Shown here in pieces: positions 48,720-60,699 of a stretch of 64,000 nucleotides of DNA. The stretch's first letter is position 1. Each line of letters begins with the position of its first letter. Made by a program: the position numbers and the translations under genes. Source of the DNA: Takakia lepidozioides. Its lineage: Eukaryota > Plantae > Bryophyta. The stretch is from positions 60,884,001 to 60,948,000 of the forward strand of contig CM060732.1 in assembly GCA_030704615.1 (NCBI GenBank), written 5' to 3'. The notes beneath the pieces are model-generated. The model did no database searches, had not been told where the DNA came from, and was given only the letters and a program-made list of their open reading frames with translations.

Positions 48720-51700
48720 AACTTTTCTGTGGGTCTAGAATGAAGAGAGTGAGAGGAATGGAGGAAATCAGGGTGAAGAGCACCACAATCCTGCTAAACC
48801 AACGATTGCTACTCCACAGGCAGTACAGATACTAAAGGAGCTGAGATTGCAAGGATTGCAAAGCATAGATTGGACATTGCACCATAGACAGTACATATTA
48901 CAATTCTTGCAGAACTTTGAGCCAAGGACATGAACAACAACGGTGAAAGGAGTTGAATTAGTAATTACTCCCCTATACCTCCAGCAATTGTTTCGATTGC
49001 GAGCAGGTCAGGTGCATGTGGGAGGAGCACAGGGCAAGACTTCAAATAGGGGACTTATTCAAGAAGGGAGTGTTCTTTAAAACTCTGGGTTATGCTTGTA
49101 CCAAGGCCGGTACCCAGGGCTAAAGGAGGTAGGCCAGGTATTGAACGTTCTGATTGCCATGAACACGAACCAACAGTATTTGAGCAGATCCTTCACGGAG
49201 GAAATACTCAAAGCCCTGAAAGGACAAGAGGTTAATGGGCGGACATAATGTACAACGCACTGGTAGAGGAGATGAAAAGATTACAAGGTACTACCGCAAA
49301 AGTCCCTATCATAGTGTCTGGCCCAATCATTGCTCAATAATTCTTGATTCTGGCATACTTGATGCGCAAGAAAAGAAAGGAGATGGGAAGGTGTTGTTTG
49401 AGCCAAGAACCACTGACAAATGGAAGAGCAAGGCTCTTCACACAGTGAGGGTGGACTAGCAGGGCAACCCGAACTAAGAGGCAGAGACGGGGAAAAACCT
49501 GTAGTCGCGGATCCACTGGCTTCACGGATTCCGCATGATAATGTTTCCCAAGCTCATGTGCAGGAATGGGCACAGCAGCACAGAGAACTGCTATTACTGA
49601 AAGCAGGACCTTCAGAAAGGGAGGAGGAAGTTACTTCAGTATCACAACCATCACAGCCAGCTGATCGTCTTGTCACAAGGTTACAAGTGTCCATGCAGCT
49701 CAACCAGAAATAATTGATTTGGAAAAAGAAGGGTTAGATATTCCAACTACAGAACAGATAGTGGCGGAAATTGCGAAGGGGGACCTTCTCTATGAATATT
49801 CTGGTCTGGTAAGGAGACAGAGATTCCAGAGGTGCAACAGTTGCCCAGAGCAAATCCTGAGGTGCATATAATACACACACCTGTGGCGGAGGTACCACGG
49901 TAAATGTCAAGACACTGCAGCACCGGTGATGGATTATGTGGTTCAGGAAGAAAAATCCGGTGGGACAATGGCCTGAATGGTTCGTGAGACATAACACGGT
50001 TGAGGATCAGGAGGAACAGCAGCAACCCTCACCATGATGACCCTCAACAGCAATGCTGATGAGTTCCTAGGCAGGACACTTAAATTTTGTTTGGGACTTA
50101 TGTCAATCCCATGTTCCCACTACCCAATTGACAGCCTTGAGAGAGGAACTTAGGAAGGAGTTTGAGGCTCGACTAGCCACTGAGTGTGCAAACAAGGTCG
50201 ATGAGGAGGTCACTCTCAAGATGCAGCAGGACTTGGAAAATACAGAAGGCGGCTCTGCAATGGCCAAGGAACAATTGATTGAGGCGGCCTCGCGCAAGAC
50301 CAGTTGCACGAAGCACATAAGCAACAGCTATACCAATTTAGGTGAAGCATGAAAGCAAGTTGGCAACAAGTAAATGCACTACATACGGAGTTGCAAGACA
50401 GTGCATGACAGGTATGGCCATCCAATGTGCTACACTCACAACTATGCTTGACCAATCTACAATAGAAATAAACAGTCAAGCGGAAAAAAGTATGAAGGCA
50501 GAAGCAAAGAATGTTGAGGCCATGAAACTCATTGTCGACATGAGAATACAATCTGTCGCAATGAGGATACTTTCAAGCAATACAGGCAGGTTTGAGCTGA
50601 CCAAGAGAGGCACATCCTGGAGTTGCAACAAACGGTCATGGCCAATTAGAATGAAGTCTTTGTGGCTAACAAAGCTTGGAAGGAAGCCAATAATCTGGCT
50701 GCTGCCTATGGGAATTTGGTGAACCTCATGCGAAGCGTATGGAGGCTTTACAACAGCAATTAGATATGTACAAACAAAGAGAGGAGCACACTCTCAGAGG
50801 AACCACAAGCAACTTGGTGGATAACCACCTTATGTAGGTCTGGTTAGCACAAGGGCCAGTGGAGGCAAAGCACCACGAAAGCTCACCCAAAGCGAGATGA
50901 ATGAGCTCAGGTTGCAAGTGCAGAACATTGCCACAACTACTATAACAATGTCTATAGTAGGATAGCAGAGTTATAGGAGGATATAGACGGCCTGAAGACT
51001 CAAGTGGAGGACCTCACTTCAAATATCGACAAGAGAGTCTGTGTACCTGATGAACAGCTAATGGCTTCTTATTTAAAAGCGAGAACTTTAGCTTTTCAGT
51101 CTTCTTCACAGGAGGTGCAGGAGATGCCAATGGTACAAGAGCCAGTGCCACCAACATCACAACAAGTCACTGTGCCAATAGCTGACCATGTTGTTACTAC
51201 AACTACACCACACACAGCCACCACAGTTTGAGGTATGGGGCAATGCTGCTTTTAACCCACCTAAAACTCCAGCTGCAAGGGAGTAGTAGGGCTATGATTC
51301 TGTCCTTCAACCAAATTCCCATCATGTTGGATTTGGCTTGGAAAGAATTTAGTCCTCCACAGTCATTCGCACATTACTACCAAATCATGCGTATTTGGCT
51401 GCCAATTGCAACTAGAACTAAAGTTCTTCCGAACAATCGACCAATTGAAGATCATCACTTTGCACAATACTGGCATGAGGCAGGTACAATGTTGAGGGAA
51501 TTAATTGCCTTCCAAGTTGTACATGGATTCATTTATACCAAGACCAAGGAGGTAGCGAGTATTGTCATGGGATGTGGATTATACTACGCTGCTTGTTTTC
51601 TGGTACGTTATCACATTGAGCAGCAAAAGATGCAAGCGCGCTTTCTGAATTATTCCAGTGGGGATCATTGGTCTTACCTTCAGTGCCACCTCATATGTAC

Positions 51701-53110
51701 CTATATGAGCCAAAAGTTATGATGCAAAACGATTCTCAAATTCGTTCATGGTTTCAGGCAGCCTGGAACAATTTGTCAACAAGAAATTCGGCATTGATGA
51801 TATTTTCTCTAAGGCACATGTGGCATGGAAATACTTGAACAAGTCACAAGTCATTGGTACCCCACTCACTTGGACAGACAAGGAGCTCAGTGTCTTCACC
51901 AATTTTGCAGTTCAGCGTTTATACCAGTTTTAAAATATAAACTTCCAGACATGGTAGGACAACATTGTATGCCCCAGAGGATTCCACCAAAAGTTCGACA
52001 ACCAAAACACCTGAGAGCGATGAGGATTCTGATACAACTTTTCTTCGAGGGATTCTTTTGACATGGAGAAGACTATGCAATTCAGATGGAAGAAAAAGAA
52101 GCGACGGGGGTCTCCTATGCCTGAAAGATTTACCCTACCTCATCTCAGCCTCCAGAGGGCCTTACATATCCAGGTAGTGTTCATCATCTCCGTCAACCAG
52201 TGGCAAGACCTCGGGCTCGCACACAAAGTCCTTCACGAGACTCTCAACGTCAGAAGGGTGCTCACTCACAAAGGTTTGCTAATCCCAAACAGTAAAACCG
52301 TGAGGACACGGCTTTTTGAGAGGGGAAGGGGTAATGTTAGAGGACTGCCAGGGACTTAACATTTTTACGATCTGTAGGGTACCCTTAATTTTTGCACAGA
52401 CTGAGATCAACAGGAGCCTTAGGGGTGACAGCAGCACACTGAAAAAGGGGTTACACAGTCCATCACAGCCACACACCCGTCACAGTCCGTCACGTCGTCA
52501 CAGCGACACAGCCACACAGCCCGTCACAGTCGTCACAACCTACACAGCCATCACAGCCGTCACAGTCGTCACAGCCAACACAGCCTGTCACAGCCGACAC
52601 AGCCACACAGCCAGTCACATCAACAGCCCGACACAAACAACACAGCCCGTCACAGTCGTTACAGCCGACACAGCCAACACAGCCCGTCACAGTCATCACA
52701 GTGTCACACAGCACAGTCGACACAGCCATCACAGCCAACACACAGCCCGTCACAGCCGACACAGCCAACAGCCAAACACAGTCGCACAGCCGTCACAGTT
52801 TCACACAGCCAGTCACAGCTTGACACAGCTGTCACGACCATAGGGAACGGAGAGCAGGACAGAGAGCGACTGCGGGGAAACAACACCTGCAAATGGAACA
52901 TGTTTAGTTCACGGACGACGTTAGTGAGGAAAACGGTTAGAGCCACGGGTAGGAAGATAAAGGGAGAAGCATGGAGAGCACGGGGGATCAATCTTGGAAG
53001 CACTCGAGAGGGAGAATTTTTGGTCATGGAGGAGAGGGGATCGGGCGGAGAGCAAGAACAAAAGCAAGCATGGAGAGCACGGGGAAGGAGGAGAGATGAT
53101 TAGTAAATGC
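48720..53110 (+). mobile_element. 3' part of a second LTR retrotransposon: degenerate accessory ORF (~48720-52100), PPT (52318-52331), probable LTR from TG at 52335
   Basis: QFLQNFEPRT*TTTVKGVELVITPLYLQQLFRL resembles the plant retrotransposon accessory/mobile domain and is followed by a coiled coil; GAGGACACGG-TTTTTGAGAGGGGAAGGGGTAA-TG is a gypsy-type PPT context. Confidence 0.6.
52453..52838. repeat. Degenerate 7-9 bp minisatellite (GTCACAGCC / CACAGCC)
   Basis: Seen directly. Confidence 0.85.
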
Positions 53111-53220
53111 TTGTTATATGCAAAGCTGTAGTGATATGTAGAGGAGATTTAGAGACACAATGGCTTCGGCCTGATACCTGATAAATCATAATCTGATACT
53201 GATACGATACAATCACACTG

Positions 53221-54200
53221 TGTAGAGAGATCTGAGTGAAGCTGTGGAATGAATGGGATGAGTTGATGAGCAAACTGATACTCAATTATCAATATTAAGG
53301 TAGCTAGCTAACATGAATGCGGAAAGGAAAACAAATAGGAAACACCCCCATGATACACTAGCTGTAGGTCATGACTGATTGTTCTGAGCGGGCTGAGTAC
53401 TTAGAGATTTCCAACTCTTCTATCTTGGAGTTTCCGCCTCGGATAGCGAAGGGATGGGTGAGTAAAAGCCTCGCGACAAGCCCTCTCAATGCTGAAGCTC
53501 GAGATTGAAACCCAATCTCACCATACTCCACAAAGTGCACTGATTTGCCCCAAGCCAAATCAGCCCTTTCGCTGGTCTTGCAATCCTTCACACAATGAAT
53601 CTCGCATTCCCAAGTCCCGTCTCAGCTTTGCCACCAAAGCCAACGTAACCTGCTCTTGAACTGGTCCTCTTCCAATCGTGCTTGCTCATGCATGTACACA
53701 ATCTGAAACCATCAAGGTGCTCTGGAATTACCTGCAGCATGGTGCTTTCAACTCTGAAGCTGAAGATCGAATGCCAAGGTCTACCACCTCGTAACCCACA
53801 TCGCCTCCGCTTCTAACAACCAAGAGCTCCACGGTGCTCTTTGCATAACAACTTGATTTCTCTCATTCTCTAGAAAAAACCACAAGTGCTACAACTAACT
53901 CGTATCTGGCACTCACAGATACGAGCTGATCTTTCTCGAGTGATAAAGAAGAAGAATACAAGCACGAGCTCACAAATCTGAAGCCATAAACTCATGCATA
54001 TATAACTCATCACTCAAATACAAGTCAAGCCAAGTGCACCCCACGCCATGGGGAATCCACACTACGGCGCCATAGCTAGGCGCGGTGAGGCTCAACTCGA
54101 GAAAGATGAGCCTCCCGCGCTTGCCGTGAAGATAACCACTCCAGGGTCTAAATCTGCCTTGACCCCTGGATTGACACTTGGGCCAATCCCAAATGTCAAT
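53221..54200. mobile_element. Possible solo LTR
   Basis: About 1 kb of non-coding sequence starting TGTAGAG with LTR-like composition; TSD not resolved. Confidence 0.3.
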
Positions 54201-54344
54201 ATGTAAAAGCTAGCTATTTCCTAGCTAGTTTCACACTAGTGGTAAAATAACTTGACAGAGTGGTTGTGGCTGGTCTGAAAAAATCAATATCAGCCTGGTG
54301 TTGTATATGGTCACTACATGATACGAGACTAATCTGGTAAGTAA

Positions 54345-54781
54345 GGCCCCGGCTGCACGGTGCAGCTAGCGTAGCACGCCTGCTAACGTCTCAGTAGGCA
54401 CTCTTTCCTGAATGCTACTCCAATTAACTTTATCGCTGCCGCACTGAAAAGTTAGCATAACATTTGTTACGCGCAGTTTTAGTTATAAACTATTGTTCGC
54501 TGCCCTTGCCCGATTTCCCTCAGCCGCGTTTGCTAGCCGTTTTTCCTAGAAACGGCGAAATGGCGTGGGCAGCTACCCGAAAACGGCGCTCCAACTTAGA
54601 TTTAGCACTAGGGGGGGAGGTACTGCTAAAAGTCACCATAAACTACAAAGGAGTAGTTACAAGAAGATAGCAGTAGTTAGAGCTAAAACATTTAAAGCAG
54701 GCCCGTGCGGTCGTACTTTTGTAGTTAGTAGTAGTTAGGCACTAGCCTAACTGACATTAGCAGTGCGGTGCGGCCGGGGCC
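54345..54781. mobile_element. Tourist-like (PIF/Harbinger) MITE, 437 bp
   Basis: TIRs GGCCCCGGCTGCAC / GTGCGGCCGGGGCC with a TAA target duplication on both sides. Confidence 0.9.
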
Positions 54782-55049
54782 TAATAGCAGTGCATATACC
54801 GTGCATATATCAGTCTTTCACCTATATACAATACAACAAACACTGGTGTCTATTTTTTAAATAATAATAATAATCATTAAAAATAAAGATAAGAAAATAT
54901 ATGTATTATTTAACTACATATATATCATCAATATTATATTATGTCATTCATAACTCACTACCTGCCTTCATACAGGTTCTTTGGCAATGAGGGGGGGGGA
55001 TGGCATTGTGGGCTCCTTGGTCATGTGTAGGTTATGTATCTAGTTGGGG

Positions 55050-55720
55050 ATATGGATATCTCATATTCGACGACCGAGCTTAAGTATTAATTTGAAGATG
55101 TTTTGAGACGCTATGGTGGGGCTGAAAATATGTCAATGTAATCCCTGCTTGTTCTAGATTGTAAACTCTTGAAAGAGATGAGTCCTAAGAGTGTTGCAGA
55201 CTTGGAAACAATGAGAGCTATTACTTATATTCATAATATAGTGGAAAATCTCATATATGAAATGGTCGTACAATGCCGGATATTGCACAATTAGTGGGGG
55301 TTGTTGGGTTGCAGTAAAGCGAATTTTCCGTTATCTCAAAGTCACACTAGACTATTGTCTTGTTTGAGAAAGCACATTGATAATGTTCATTTGGACCAAG
55401 TAGGTTTAAAATTGTATCTTGGATATTGCTCGCAACAACATAGAGATCTATATTGGATATTATGATGCAAATAGTACCTCTGCGTGGACATAACGTATCG
55501 GTGCAAGTTTCACAGCAACACGATGACAACCGATTCTGCTACGGACAATATTTCCACTCCATCCAAGTGCAAATTTGGTGCTGGAGTATCCTGCAAAACA
55601 TCAATCTATTTCTTCTGCAATGCATCATTCTTTTTCGTCTGAGACTTGCAAGAAAACACATGTTTGCTTCATAACTGCCCATGGCCAAAGGGAATGGTCA
55701 TGAAAACAACTATGACATTG
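55050..55720 (+). mobile_element. Highly degenerate Ty1/copia RT-RNase H relic
   Basis: Remnants such as IVENLIYEMVV..PDIAQLVGVV (cf. VG.L.Y.MV.TRPDIA..VGVV). Confidence 0.55.
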
Positions 55721-55969
55721 GGCAAATGTAAAGAAGAAGTAAAAAAATATTTATGGTTACATTGTTCCATAAGGATGCGTTGGCCTGGATTCCACATCTG
55801 GAACTTGACTTCCTTCACTTTTTTTCAAAATCGAAATCCACATTTGGATCTTCACTATCAGGTCTTGAATCAGACGATGGCTCAGGTGATGGCCAGGTGT
55901 CTCAGGCTTCACTGCAGTCACAAAAAACAATCATCAAGCCTATAGAATTTATGAACTACATAAATCTAT

Positions 55970-56458
55970 AAATCTAAAATTCATGAACTTACCACCATTT
56001 TTTAAGGTGTATGTTTTTTTATCCTTGACTGCAGTATCCATAACGTAGGCAAGTGCCTCAAGCATTGTTGAATTGAAAGAAGTCCATGCATAACCTGAGG
56101 ATATCTCCAAACAATTCTGGTATATCGGATCAGTATCATCCACACGACGCAAAAAATATTATGCGTCTGCGGAGGAGATTATTGCATAACCCAGCTGAAG
56201 TCCGGCCATGTACTTGTAAACTTGCCGAATATCCTCAGTCACCGACAAACATACTCCATCTACAAGCCCACTATGCTCAAAATATTCCATATACAAGCTG
56301 ACCAAATCCGGAAGAAGCTCTGCGGGCTTTGTCTAAAAAACGAGTACTTCTTTAAACTCCACGACTAGAAAGGATTTAGAATGTTGCGTTAAGACCACAT
56401 CCGGTTCGCACTGCGACCTACGAGCAAGTTCCACTTCCCTGGATGATCGAATCGGATT
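55970..56458 (-). pseudogene. PD-(D/E)xK restriction-endonuclease-fold domain of Crinkler (CR-REase) type, with two in-frame stops
   Basis: One frame reads EPDVVLTQHSKSFLVVEFKEVLVF*..DIRQVYKYMAGLQLGYAIISSADA*YFLRR..CLEISS..STMLEALAYVMDTA. Confidence 0.65.
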
Positions 56459-56551
56459 GTTATTTTATCAACTGAAGCCCAAAATATACGACTGCATCTC
56501 AAATCACAAAAATAATAATAAATAATAAATAATAAATAATCACAATGCAAA

Positions 56552-56721
56552 GTATGACGCCTCCCGAAGGGAGCATAACTTATGGTGTCTCTTCACCACA
56601 AGGGCTACTGCCTTCCAGCTGAAAGGTGGACACCTTCATGACACACCAGACCGTGGTTTGAACCCACAACCACATCCAACGTGGTATGTGCCCATTACCA
56701 CTGGGCTACATGCTGGTTGTC
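56552..56721 (-). mobile_element. tRNA-derived SINE
   Basis: A box TAGCCCAGTGG and B box GGTTCAAACC; flanked by direct repeat CACAATGCAAA (56541-56551, 56722-56732) with an adjacent (AAT)n tract. Confidence 0.7.
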
Positions 56722-57349
56722 CACAATGCAAACATACTAGGGCTTCGTGTTGCTCCGCACTACTAGCGACGATTTCTGAGAACAACGTCCGGATAGATGG
56801 GCTATATTCAAGTTTTATGAACAGATGAACATTTATTGGCTGTCTTGTAGAGAGACTACGCATCATGCTAAAATCAACGGAGAAAATGTGGTCAAATACC
56901 TTACACTTTGTCAAGCCTCTGATTGTTGTGGTATGTTGAATCATGCTCCCTAGTTTTCCCTTCCTCTTACGTTTGAGGCTTGTTTCAGTTGATATTAATT
57001 TGACCGGTGTAATGACTTTGGCTCGTTTGATACAACAAGTAGATTTTGTTTATAAATGTTGTTTATATGATATCTTTTCATCTTTATTTTCACTTGGTTT
57101 AGGTTTCAAATCGTTTGGATTTTGATTTAATGTCGCGGTTTCATGAAAAAACTTGGCTGTTTTTTATTTAATGCATATTTGTTCCGGCGTTCATCATAAT
57201 GCTAAATGTGAATTAATAGTCATCCATTGTGGTAGAAGCTATCTAGGCTTGACTCTCACCTCCATGTCAACTATGTGCAAGGTTTTCCAAGTCTGACATT
57301 TAACGTGCCCCTGTCTTCTAGTGCTCAGGGTGTGGTGAAATCCTTCATC

Positions 57350-58915
57350 GCTTTGCAATTCATCCAGGACGTAGGGCTTGGCAAAGATGGATTTTTCTCA
57401 AGCTAACTAAGTTTGGTGGTTTATAGCATTAATTGGGGCTGATATGTCCCAATTATCTTTGCATTGTGGCTATTAGTTCTGGCTAAATAAGTGACATAAT
57501 AACATTGTCCAGGCGGCCTATGAGAGGAAATCCAGCTAGGACTGGTCAAATAGGCTTCTAGTAGCCAATTCTGATTAAATTATTATAGTGGCTGATCCTA
57601 ACTGTTTTAACTGCTCTGTAGTGTAGTGAGTAATTGGCCGGTTATGGAAGTTCAAAACTAAGGGGAACTTGGTGGTGATCAATGCAAAAGAGCTACCTTC
57701 TGGATAATACCCTACCTTCCAGGAGACGTTTGCTGTCAGGGATCCCTGGTAAGATAATGTGTTAAGGGAAAGGCTAATACAAGTGCATTGCCAGAACTAT
57801 GTTGATTGGCAGTAGCATTTAACATACCCAAAAGTGCCCATCACATATATTCATACATAATGGCTCTGGCCTTTAGGTGTCAACTTAGCAAGTCCAAAAT
57901 CTGCTACCTTGGCATTGAAGTTATACTTCAGCAAAATATTAGATGCCTTAAAATCTTTGTGGATCACACAAGGCTGAGAGTCCTCATGCAAGTAAGCCAG
58001 GCCCCTTGCTGCCCCTAGAGCAATCCTTATTCATGTGGGCCGGTCCAGTGGACCACGTGTTGTAACAAGAATAGTGTCATAAAGGCTGATTGTAGTGTGG
58101 TCCACAACACATCATGTTGAACTCACAGAGAGACATTTATCTTCAAGTTCATCCATTTAGTAGGCCACCATGTGGGCAGGGAGAGAGAGAAAGTGCTCAT
58201 GTAGTCTCTGTTCCACCCAATCTGGCCATGGGGTCTATGGCCACAATGCTACAGTAAACGTCTTATGCGTGGAACACAGAGAGAGAGAGAAAGAAAACAA
58301 AGACACCAACCATTCCGCTCCAAAACAGTGACGCCTGGTGCATAATGTAGGTGATGTTAGAATCACAGGTGCAACCAGCCTATAACTGATGTGGCATGCA
58401 GAGAAGGGAGCCTGATACACTTTGTTACAAAATGTAAATTGGATTCGAGGCTGCATCTTATATGGCATTTGCCAAGCATTTATCATGCCCACAAACTTTG
58501 TGCATTTTCTGCAATGTGAAGACATCTACAGATATAAGTAAGTTGCTGGTTGAGGGTCAAGATCACATCTAGTCAATGGGCCTACTAAGAGATCCTCAGA
58601 AATCTGCTTGCAGTCACTTCTTTGTCTTGATTGTTGATACCCATGACAGCTCCAGCCTGCGCGGACTCGAATACCCTGTGTAAAACTCATGGCGACTAAG
58701 GTGTACCTCTGAGGATCTGCTATGCCGCTGCAAAGATGCAATTCTGTGACTGACAGAGTGAAGAAGGATTGCACCAATCACAGGTAACAGGCTACCCCTA
58801 CTCAAGAAATGGATTGAACTCTGGCTATCAACCTGTGCGTGGTGAATGCACAAGTCTACTTTAACATCTCCAAACGGGTGTAAGCGCTTGCGAGCTGGTA
58901 TGTGCAGACACATAC
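57350..58915 (-). pseudogene. Receptor-like kinase pseudogene (extensin-like/ALE2-type)
   Basis: [47 protein letters not shown] with stops; an RPPGQ remnant lies downstream and ectodomain-like remnants upstream. Confidence 0.8.
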
Positions 58916-59759
58916 TTGGACTTCAAGTCTAGTGAATAAATCTGATCCAAGCAGTGCATGACATTCTATTGAAACCTCCAGTCCTCCCACCTTGCATCAA
59001 ATTTACTCTCGGTAGTGAAGTGCTATCACATATTTACCTTGTATGCTATTATAATACAGAGATCTGATCAGAAGTGCTACTCAAGAGGGCACATTCACGC
59101 TCCAATGTGCACGTGCCCTCCTGTCCTGGACCCACAATGATGCACCACCCATGGAAAAATCCACTTGCCGTCACCACAAATATCCTGGCTCTGAAAAAGG
59201 AACCACCCATTTCATCTTTTCATCTCACAACTTCCCACATGCAAGCCACTTGATGTAAGCTGGAGGAAACATTTCATAAGGTTTAACTATTTGTGAAGCA
59301 GAATAGTTTCCAAAATGAGCTTGATGCATATAGTATTGCCTGTGCATTGGCTTATAGGTCTGATGCCTCTCTACCCCATGAACCATCAAATCACTTGCAC
59401 TCTGTAGCTAGGCTATTCGGTCACCACAGATTTGAGCTTACACATAGTGGGAGAAAACAAACCTATTGCTTCTTGAAACGGATGGTACCCCATCACACCC
59501 AACATCATCCCCATGCCCTGCAATAGCACAATGACTGCCGCAAAGAAGGGGATAAATGACAATCCAAACTGCCACATTGGCTAAAAATTGTATGCGAAAA
59601 ACAATGTAGATGAGTCTCTCTTGTGATGCATGCAATTTCAAGAAGATGCCATTTGCAGTTGGCATGCAAGTGTCCACGAGAGGATTTAGGGTAGGAGTTG
59701 CACCTGCATACTCCTGGAGGAAATCCATTGTGGATGGTGACAAAGCAGCGTTCAGATTC

Positions 59760-60699
59760 CACCATGCACGGCCAAAAAGGTCCACCATGCAGCCATAATG
59801 TTCCACAGTAGCATTGAGCCCATGATCTCGACTCGTGGAATCAAAATAATGCTGGCCTTCATCCAGTAGGCCCCCGTGATTACATGCCAATAGAAGACAT
59901 ACAAAAGTGATACCATTCACCCTTCCTGTTGCATGTGTTCAAATACATGGAGAGCCTCCCTACCATATTTGACATGCATCCTTCATGCTTCCACATTTGG
60001 CATACATGACCACAAGGGCAGTCTCCACGACACCACATCTCATTCAGCCAGAGTGTTAAAAACTCCCTTTGCATCCTTAATGCACCCACATTTGGCAAAC
60101 ATGTCCACCAGGGCAGTGTTCAAGATGACATCTGGTACAATTCCAGCTTTGACGATGTCACCATGGATCTCTCTCCCCTTTTCCAGAGCCCCCAGGCTTG
60201 CACACGCATTGCAAACACAAACAAACGTGATGTGGTAGGGCTTCACCCCTTCGCGCAACATTTGCTCATAGGTCTCCAAAGCATTAATCCTACCACACCC
60301 ATGCTTGGTAAATCCTGCCAACATTATATTCCACGTGATCAAAGATTGTTGAGGCATTCTGTTGAACACTTGGTGAGCATCCATGATGCTCCCGCACTTG
60401 ACATACATGTTGACAAGGGTGTTGAGTAGGAAAACATTTGGCGTGAATCCACTTTGGATAATGTGAGTGTGCACCTGCTTTCCAGCTTCCAGACCTGCCA
60501 TCTTGATGCACTTAAGCAAGAGACAGACATACATATCTGCATCTGTTGAAATGCCTCTTTGGTTTAGAGTCTGTAGAACCTCTGTCAGTCTGCCTGCCGC
60601 ACAAAGTATCTTCATATGCCCAGAAGTGCCAGAAGAGGCATTGTGGACTCCCTCTCTTGATCCTCTTTCAGAAGCTGTGGTCATGGTTGAGGTACTTCC
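59760..60699 (-). pseudogene. PLS-class PPR pseudogene (N-terminal repeats intact, later deletions and frameshifts)
   Basis: LCAAGRLTEVLQ..YVCLLLKC..GKQVHTHIIQSG..NTLVNMYVKCGSIMDAHQVFNRM..; ITFVCLLLACNHGGLLDEG..EHYGCMVDLFGRA. Confidence 0.9.

Larger units (their letters stand above)
39877..54845. mobile_element. Putative non-autonomous hAT element split by nested insertions
   Basis: Termini CAGTGTT.. and ..AACACTG, imperfect 8-bp TSD GGGTCTAC/GTGTCTAT, and GATAC/GTATC subterminal motifs at both ends. It spans an assembly gap. Confidence 0.5.

Noticed and set aside
56640-56715. tRNA gene
   Set aside because: A and B boxes are present but there is no cloverleaf or acceptor stem; better explained as a SINE
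55970-58915. REase and RLK kinase as one nuclease-kinase gene
   Set aside because: The kinase is an ordinary plant RLK lying upstream in the wrong order and separated by a SINE and AT-rich DNA
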